A DNA stretch of 64,000 nucleotides from Stegostoma tigrinum (taxonomy: Eukaryota): assembly GCF_030684315.1 (NCBI RefSeq), contig NC_081355.1, positions 25,259,316-25,323,315 of the forward strand, read 5' to 3'. A program made the position numbers and the translations under genes. Below the pieces are notes generated by a model. The model saw nothing but the letters and a program-made list of their open reading frames with translations. It was not told the origin of the DNA and ran no database searches. Below are positions 63,190-64,000 of the stretch, piece after piece. Each line of letters starts with the position of its first letter. Position 1 is the first letter of the stretch.

Positions 63190-64000
63190 ATAATAAATCA
63201 GAAGAAATAAGTTATATGCCATTCAATAAAACCATGATAGGACTTTTACATAATCTGCATTTTTAAAATCTCTACTCACCCATATCTCTTAATGCCCATA
63301 ATGACCAGAAATCTATTAATTTCCATCTTGAATATAATTGTTGACTGAACATTCATAATCCTGGTCAAAGGTTCACAGGCTTTCAATTGAAGAAATTTCT
63401 CCTTATCTCAGTTCTAACTGACTGATTCCCTGTCATGAGATTAATGCTTAGTTCGACGTTCCCTTGCCAGAAGAAACAAGTTTTCAAAACCCACCCTTTC
63501 AAGTCTCCAACAAATGTATATATTTCAATAAGGCCTCTCTCATTCTTTTAAAGTCCAAAAACATTTAGGCGCTTCTGTTCAATCTGTCACCTTTGGACAA
63601 CATGTGCATTCCAAAAATCAATTCAGTGAACCTTAATTACAGCCCTTCCAGGGAAGGTAAGGGACCAAATCAATGCACAGTACTGCAGGCCTCTTCCAAT
63701 CCCTATACAACTGCAACCTCATTTCATGAGAGCCATATTCAGTCACATCGCAAGAAAAGCTAGCACATTTACCTTCTTTACAGAGTAATGGGGGACCAGT
63801 AAAGTAAATAATTAGATTTTCACAAACATGAAATCTTAAGAAATGGGAGCAGGAGTAGGCCTTTCAGTCCATGAAACTTTTCCTGCTAATCTATAAGATT
63901 GTAGCTAGTCTGCCTCAGACTTCAATTATTCTTTCATGCCAGCTCCTCATAGCCCTCTTGTTAGTCTATTTTCCCAACACATTTAGACAATTCTTTCTTC
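63190..64000 (-). mobile_element. Decayed CR1 3' fragments
   Basis: GAAGAAATTTCTCCTTATCTCAGT and GGAGCAGGAGTAGGCCTTTCAG are CR1 3' signatures on the minus strand. Confidence 0.6.

Overview
Repeat-dense vertebrate genomic DNA, almost certainly from a cartilaginous fish (shark-type HE1/V-SINEs, DeuSINE remnants and abundant CR1 LINEs; taxon is an inference). No complete host protein-coding gene is recognisable. The only host-gene signals are a CpG-rich promoter with a strong minus-strand splice donor at about 14.4-15.0 kb and one weak candidate exon at 60.6 kb. The rest is layered mobile DNA: CR1, L2 and Rex/Babar LINEs, SINEs, Harbinger remnants and a decayed Gmr1-like Gypsy element carrying nested insertions. 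The main system is a recently active Neptune-type Penelope-like retroelement (PLE; RT thumb, Cys linker, GIY-YIG). Its terminal repeat carries a minimal hammerhead ribozyme (CTGATGA-A-GGGTCTAGGCCC-GAAACGTC). It is present as two near-identical young copies, one older copy and about ten short non-autonomous copies. Most short copies are fold-back insertions with mostly 14-16 bp target-site duplications and a roughly 37-nt tail on one arm only. The copy at 27055-27285 has a cluster of A-to-G changes, mirrored in both arms, that destroys the ribozyme core. This looks like ADAR editing fixed in DNA by retrotransposition. Boundaries of old repeats are approximate.
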